Shown here piece after piece: positions 7,605 to 11,632 of a stretch of 11,632 nucleotides of DNA (within the stretch, counting starts at the first letter, position 1; each line of letters opens with the position of its first letter). The notes beneath the pieces were generated by a model. The model had not been told where the DNA came from and searched no databases. It saw only the letters and a program-made list of their open reading frames with translations. Both the position numbers and the translations under genes were made by a program. Source of the DNA: Sulfurihydrogenibium sp. (lineage in GTDB: Bacteria > Aquificota > Aquificia > Aquificales > Hydrogenothermaceae). The stretch spans positions 1 through 11,632 of the forward strand of contig JBBIPN010000041.1 in NCBI GenBank assembly GCA_037442825.1. Reading direction: 5' to 3'.

Positions 7605-7646
7605 CTCCTCCCTCCCCATCCCTTCCAAATCCCCCTTTTACCCTCC
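7605..7646 (+). repeat. C-rich low-complexity tract with repeated CCTCC/CCCT units
   Basis: CTCCTCCCTCCCCATCCCTTCCAAATCCCCCTTTTACCCTCC: 25 C and no G in 42 nt, in an otherwise very AT-rich window. Confidence 0.8.
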
Positions 7647-7666
7647 GCAAAGGAGGGTCCTTTTTT
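7640..7666 (+). terminator. Intrinsic (Rho-independent) terminator after the polyferredoxin gene
   Basis: Stem ACCCTCC (7640-7646), loop GCAAA, stem GGAGGGT (7652-7658), then CC and TTTTTT (7661-7666). No U-tract in the minus orientation. Confidence 0.8.
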
Positions 7667-7678
7667 ATCTTAAAATTA

Positions 7679-7687
7679 TGATAAAAT
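7679..7687 (+). promoter_or_regulatory. Extended -10 promoter candidate (TGATAAAAT) for hom and downstream genes
   Basis: TG-A-TAAAAT just after the terminator, followed by SD AGAGG (7697-7701) and ATG at 7708. Confidence 0.45.
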
Positions 7688-7707
7688 AACTTAAAAAGAG
7701 GTTTTAA

Positions 7708-9030
7708 ATGGGAAAGGTCAATATTGGTATAGTTGGTTATGGTGTTGTAGGAAGTAGTGTAGTAAAAATTTTAGAAAAAGATAAAGATTTAATATCTCAA
7801 AAATCAGGTTTTGAAATAAATGTAAAAAAAGTATACACAAGGAACTGGAATAAAAAGCTAAAATACCCTATTCCGGAAGAAAAAAAAGCTCACTCTGTAG
7901 ATGAAATAATAAACGATAGAGAGATAAACATTATTGTAGAGCTTACTGGTGGTATAGATTTTCCTTACAAAGTTATCACACAAGCCATAAAAAATAATAA
8001 AAATATCGTTACTGCAAATAAAGCCCTTTTAGCAGAGAAAGGAAAAGATATTTTCAGTTTAGCTGAAGAAAAAAATGTTAGAATCGGTTTTGAAGCTGCT
8101 GTTGCAGGTGGAATACCCATAATAAAAGCTTTAAGAGAAGGTTTAGTTGCAAATGAGATAAAAAAAGTATATGGAATATTAAATGGAACTACAAACTACA
8201 TACTTACTTCTATGTACAATGGCGATAAGAGTTTTGAAGAAGCTTTAAAAGAAGCTCAAGAAAAAGGGTATGCAGAAGCAGACCCAACATTAGATATAAA
8301 TGGAACAGATACAGCACATAAGATATCAATTCTTGCATCTTTATCTTATGGAGGATTTATCGATTTCTCTCAAATTTATATAGAAGGTATTCAAAATATA
8401 GACCTTTTAGATATAGAACTTGGAAGAGATCTCGGTTACATTTTAAAGCTTATAGCAATAGCAAAATCTCATGGTGAAGAAGTTGAAATAAGAGTAAACC
8501 CTACATTTTTACCATCTTGGCACCCACTTTCTAAAGTAGATGGTGTATTTAATGCTGTAATGGTAGAAGGAAACAATGTAGGTGAAACTATGTTCTATGG
8601 AAAAGGGGCTGGTGGACTGCCTACAGCAAGTGCTGTTGTAAGCGATATTGTAAGTATTGGAAAATCTATTTTAAATAATCTTGGTAAAGAAGTTGAAATA
8701 ACTTCTATGAACTGGAAACATAAAGATTTAAACCTTACAAAAGTTAAAGATTTTTATACTAGATACTATATAAGATTTTCTGTCCCAGATATAACTGGAA
8801 TACTTGCAAAAATTGCTTCTATCTTTGCTAACTATAATATTAGTATTGCAGCAGTTATACAGAAAGAGAAAGTGCTAAAACTACAAAAAAATACAAAAGA
8901 GAAGATAGTTCCACTTGTAATACTAACACATACCGCATCAGAAAATAATATTCAGTCTGCTATAAAAGAGATCTTAACTAAAAAATACAGTGAAGATATA
9001 GTAATAATAAGAGTCGAGGATGAAGAGTAA
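7708..9030 (+). CDS. hom: Homoserine dehydrogenase with C-terminal ACT domain
   Basis: Rossmann GYGVVG, VTANKALLA, FEAAVAGGIPII, GILNGTTNYIL, GYAEADPTLD and GAGGLPTASAV motifs; ACT-like tail (GILAKIASIFANYNISI). Confidence 0.96.
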   Translation: MGKVNIGIVGYGVVGSSVVKILEKDKDLISQKSGFEINVKKVYTRNWNKKLKYPIPEEKKAHSVDEIINDREINIIVELTGGIDFPYKVITQAIKNNKNIVTANKALLAEKGKDIFSLAEEKNVRIGFEAAVAGGIPIIKALREGLVANEIKKVYGILNGTTNYILTSMYNGDKSFEEALKEAQEKGYAEADPTLDINGTDTAHKISILASLSYGGFIDFSQIYIEGIQNIDLLDIELGRDLGYILKLIAIAKSHGEEVEIRVNPTFLPSWHPLSKVDGVFNAVMVEGNNVGETMFYGKGAGGLPTASAVVSDIVSIGKSILNNLGKEVEITSMNWKHKDLNLTKVKDFYTRYYIRFSVPDITGILAKIASIFANYNISIAAVIQKEKVLKLQKNTKEKIVPLVILTHTASENNIQSAIKEILTKKYSEDIVIIRVEDEE

Positions 9031-10459
9031 AAAAATAAATATAAAAGTATTATATGTTTTAGTAGCATTTTCTTTATTAATATTATCTATAGTTAATCCT
9101 TTTTTAAACATTCCTTATCAGCAAAAAGTAACCCTTGGAATATTGTTATTCTGTGTAACATTATGGTTTTCAGAAATTGCTACCCTTGGTATAATAGGAC
9201 TTTTAGGAGTAGCAATATCTATACTCTTAGGAATAAATGATATTAAAAGTGCTTTTGCAGGATTCTCTAATCCAGTTATATTTCTCATAATTGGTAGTTT
9301 TCTTATCGCTTTAGCTTTTAATAAATATAATGTTGATAAAAGAATAGCTTTGACTGTTTTGTCAAAGAAGTTCTTCTTAAAAAATCCATTTAATCTAATA
9401 CTTGGTTCCACGTTGATAACTTTCCTTTTATCAATGTGGCTTAGTAACACTGCAACTACAGCTATGATGGTAGCCATAGTTGTAGGAATTATTTACCTTC
9501 TAAGAGATGAAAAAAATAAGAGTTATAAAGCGTTTGCTGATATCTTCCTATTATCAATAGCTTACAGTGCATCTATAGGCGGTATAATGACCATAGTAGG
9601 TTCTCCTACAAATTTAGTAGGTCTTGGTTTTCTAAAACAAGAAGGTATTAATATAGATTTTCTAATGTGGACGTATAAAGTCTTTCCCATAGGAATATCT
9701 ATGTATCTTTTTTTACTTTTGTATGTAAAGTTTTATATCAAAGGTTTTAAACTGCCTTTTGAAGAAACTTACAGTATCATTTTACAAGAAAAAAAACAGC
9801 TTAAAAATTTCTCAAAAGAAGAAAAAATAGTTTTATTAGTATTCTTACTGACAATACTTTTATGGGTACTTCCTTCACTATTAAATGTATTTAGCTTTGA
9901 AGAATTATCAAAAACGTTAAGCAAGATAATACCTGAAAGTAGTGCAGTAGTCTTAACAGCTTCTTTACTATTTTTAATACCTACAGATAATAAAAACTAC
10001 AAAACAGTTTTAAATGTTGATGATCTAAAAAGTATAGATTGGGATACTATTTTACTCTTTGCTTCTGGAATATGCTTAGGAGACCTTATAAAAAAAACTG
10101 GCCTAAGTGATACAATAGCAAGCCTATTCTCAAACACATTTAATGTAGCTTACATTCCTATTTTACTTTTTACGCTTATATTAGCTATAATATTTTTGAC
10201 AGAGATTAGCTCAAACACTGCAACAGCTATAACATTCATACCTATAATAATATCTATATTAAAAAGTAACAATTTAGACATTATAGATCCAGTACTTTCT
10301 TGTATAGTTGCTGCAAGTTTTGCATTTATGCTTCCGATAGCAACACCGCCAAATGCTATCGTTTATGGAACGAAACTTATAAATATAAAAACAATGATTA
10401 AATTAGGATTTATACTAAATATAATAGGAAGTGTTATAATATATGTTTTTCTTATATAA
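9020..10459 (+). CDS. DASS/SLC13 family divalent anion:sodium symporter (dicarboxylate/citrate/sulfate)
   Basis: 479 aa, multi-TM, with two SNT motifs (SMWLSNTAT, TEISSNTAT), SASIGGIMTIVGSPTN and AFMLPIATPPNAIVYG. Overlaps hom by 11 bp. Confidence 0.9.
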   Translation: MKSKKINIKVLYVLVAFSLLILSIVNPFLNIPYQQKVTLGILLFCVTLWFSEIATLGIIGLLGVAISILLGINDIKSAFAGFSNPVIFLIIGSFLIALAFNKYNVDKRIALTVLSKKFFLKNPFNLILGSTLITFLLSMWLSNTATTAMMVAIVVGIIYLLRDEKNKSYKAFADIFLLSIAYSASIGGIMTIVGSPTNLVGLGFLKQEGINIDFLMWTYKVFPIGISMYLFLLLYVKFYIKGFKLPFEETYSIILQEKKQLKNFSKEEKIVLLVFLLTILLWVLPSLLNVFSFEELSKTLSKIIPESSAVVLTASLLFLIPTDNKNYKTVLNVDDLKSIDWDTILLFASGICLGDLIKKTGLSDTIASLFSNTFNVAYIPILLFTLILAIIFLTEISSNTATAITFIPIIISILKSNNLDIIDPVLSCIVAASFAFMLPIATPPNAIVYGTKLINIKTMIKLGFILNIIGSVIIYVFLI

Positions 10460-10482
10460 AAAATTTTGGAAAGGAGTTTGAG

Positions 10483-10902
10483 ATGAGCGTAAAATGGGAG
10501 TTTTCCGCTGGTGGTATTGTATTAAAAGAAGAAGACGGAAAAACTTATGTACTTTTAATCAAAAACAAAGATAAGTATGGCTTTCCAAAAGGAAATATAG
10601 AAAGGTCTGAAAAGAAAGAAGAAGCAGCAGTTAGGGAAGTTCAAGAAGAAACTGGTATTACTGCTGAAGTTATAGATTACTTAGGGAATGTTGAATACTG
10701 GTATAGGTCAACTACTGACACTATCCATAAGTTTGTCTATTACTATTTAATGAGATATAAAGAAGGTGATTTAAATCCACAGAAAGAAGAAATAGAATCT
10801 GCAGAATGGGTTACGATAGAAGAAGTATTAGATAAGCTTTCTTTTGATAAAGATAAAAAAGTATTTAAAAAAGCATTGGAAAAACTAAAAGTTTATGCTT
10901 GA
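10483..10902 (+). CDS. NUDIX hydrolase, probable diadenosine polyphosphate (Ap4A) hydrolase
   Basis: Intact Nudix box G-NIERS-E-KKEEAAV-REVQEETGI. EFSAGG, FPKGNIE and YWY/YYLM segments match my recollection of the Aquifex aeolicus Ap4A hydrolase. SD AAGGAG upstream. Confidence 0.85.
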   Translation: MSVKWEFSAGGIVLKEEDGKTYVLLIKNKDKYGFPKGNIERSEKKEEAAVREVQEETGITAEVIDYLGNVEYWYRSTTDTIHKFVYYYLMRYKEGDLNPQKEEIESAEWVTIEEVLDKLSFDKDKKVFKKALEKLKVYA

Positions 10903-11632
10903 TAAACTTCTAAAGTTAGGTTTTAAATACCTTGAAAAAATTCCAAGAGAAAAAGCTCTAAAAAAAGGTAAATTCATAGGTGATATCTTATATAAATTAA
11001 ATTATAGAAAAGATGTAATATATAAAAATCTCAATATTGCTTTTCCAGAAAAAGATAAGAAATGGAAAGACTACATAAGAAAAAAAAGTTTAGAAAATAT
11101 TGGAAGAGTTATAGTTGAATTTCCAAAACAACCTCAGTATATAAAATCTAAAGAGATAGAAAATATCTTCACAATAACAAAAGGGTTAGAAGAGTTAAAA
11201 AAGCATAAAGGTAAAGGTGCTATACTTGTTTCTGCTCATATATCAAGTTGGGAAATGTGTGGAGCTGGAATATCATACTATCTTGGTGGAATGTCAAGCT
11301 TAGCATACAGACAGAAAAATAGTAAAGTAAATGAAATAATAACAAACATAAGAACATCATCAGGAATAAAAATAATATTTCACGATCAACCGTTAAAACA
11401 GTTTATTTTAGCTTTAAATAAAGGAGAAATAATATCTTTTTTAGTAGATCAAAATGCTTTAAGACATAGAGGTTATTTTGTTGATTTTTTTGGTTTAAAA
11501 GCTTCCACAGTAAACTTTCCAGCAAAACTTGCTGCTAAGTACAAAATTCCTATATTTTTTGCATATGCATATTATGATGAAAATCATTTAAAATATTACT
11601 GTGAGATAGAAAAATTAGAATATGATATATTA
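10895..11632 (+). CDS. Lipid A biosynthesis lauroyl/myristoyl acyltransferase (LpxL/HtrB family), 3'-truncated by the window edge
   Basis: Manual translation from ATG 10895 is open to the window end: MLDKLLKLGF...NLNIAFPE...GAILVSAHISSWE (HX4E catalytic motif)...FLVDQ...VDFFG...LAAKYKIPI. Overlaps the NUDIX stop by 8 bp. Confidence 0.9.
   Translation, partial: MLDKLLKLGFKYLEKIPREKALKKGKFIGDILYKLNYRKDVIYKNLNIAFPEKDKKWKDYIRKKSLENIGRVIVEFPKQPQYIKSKEIENIFTITKGLEELKKHKGKGAILVSAHISSWEMCGAGISYYLGGMSSLAYRQKNSKVNEIITNIRTSSGIKIIFHDQPLKQFILALNKGEIISFLVDQNALRHRGYFVDFFGLKASTVNFPAKLAAKYKIPIFFAYAYYDENHLKYYCEIEKLEYDIL

Noticed and set aside
7691..7707. TTAAAA-AGAGG-TTTTAA inverted repeat around the hom SD
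   Set aside because: All-AU 6-bp stem with the SD in the loop; expected by chance in AT-rich DNA and unlikely to be stable.
7593..7707. Known riboswitch, T-box, tRNA or leader peptide upstream of hom
   Set aside because: Only 115 bp, with no SAM/lysine/T-box consensus, cloverleaf or Thr/Met-rich leader ORF recognisable.
9118..9477. 119-aa minus-strand ORF
   Set aside because: Antisense shadow within the DASS transporter gene.
1..11632. CRISPR array, IS element, prophage or defence genes
   Set aside because: No regularly spaced repeats, transposase/integrase motifs or terminal inverted repeats; nearly all sequence is accounted for by housekeeping genes.

Overview
AT-rich, densely coded bacterial core-genome window. 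The NUDIX protein resembles the Aquifex Ap4A hydrolase and GC is low, so an Aquificae origin (Hydrogenothermaceae/Sulfurihydrogenibium-like) is inferred but not proven. In order: 5'-truncated recJ (+); a minus-strand unit [64-aa membrane protein - cpoB/ybgF-like TPR lipoprotein - uppS - family-5 ABC substrate-binding protein] converging on recJ; back-to-back extended -10 promoters; pgpA-purM-purN (+); a stand-alone FixG/CcoG-like polyferredoxin membrane gene with its own promoter and terminator; then hom - DASS/SLC13 transporter - NUDIX Ap4A hydrolase - 3'-truncated lipid A acyltransferase (the last is absent from the ORF track). No mobile element, CRISPR array, tRNA or rRNA was seen. The most unusual signals are non-coding and flank the polyferredoxin gene. 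One is a 5'UTR palindrome covering its Shine-Dalgarno site. The other is a G-free, 60% C tract in its 3'UTR carrying repeated anti-SD (CCUCC) motifs, with G-quadruplex potential on the opposite strand. These are hypotheses; I cannot show a novel system from sequence alone.
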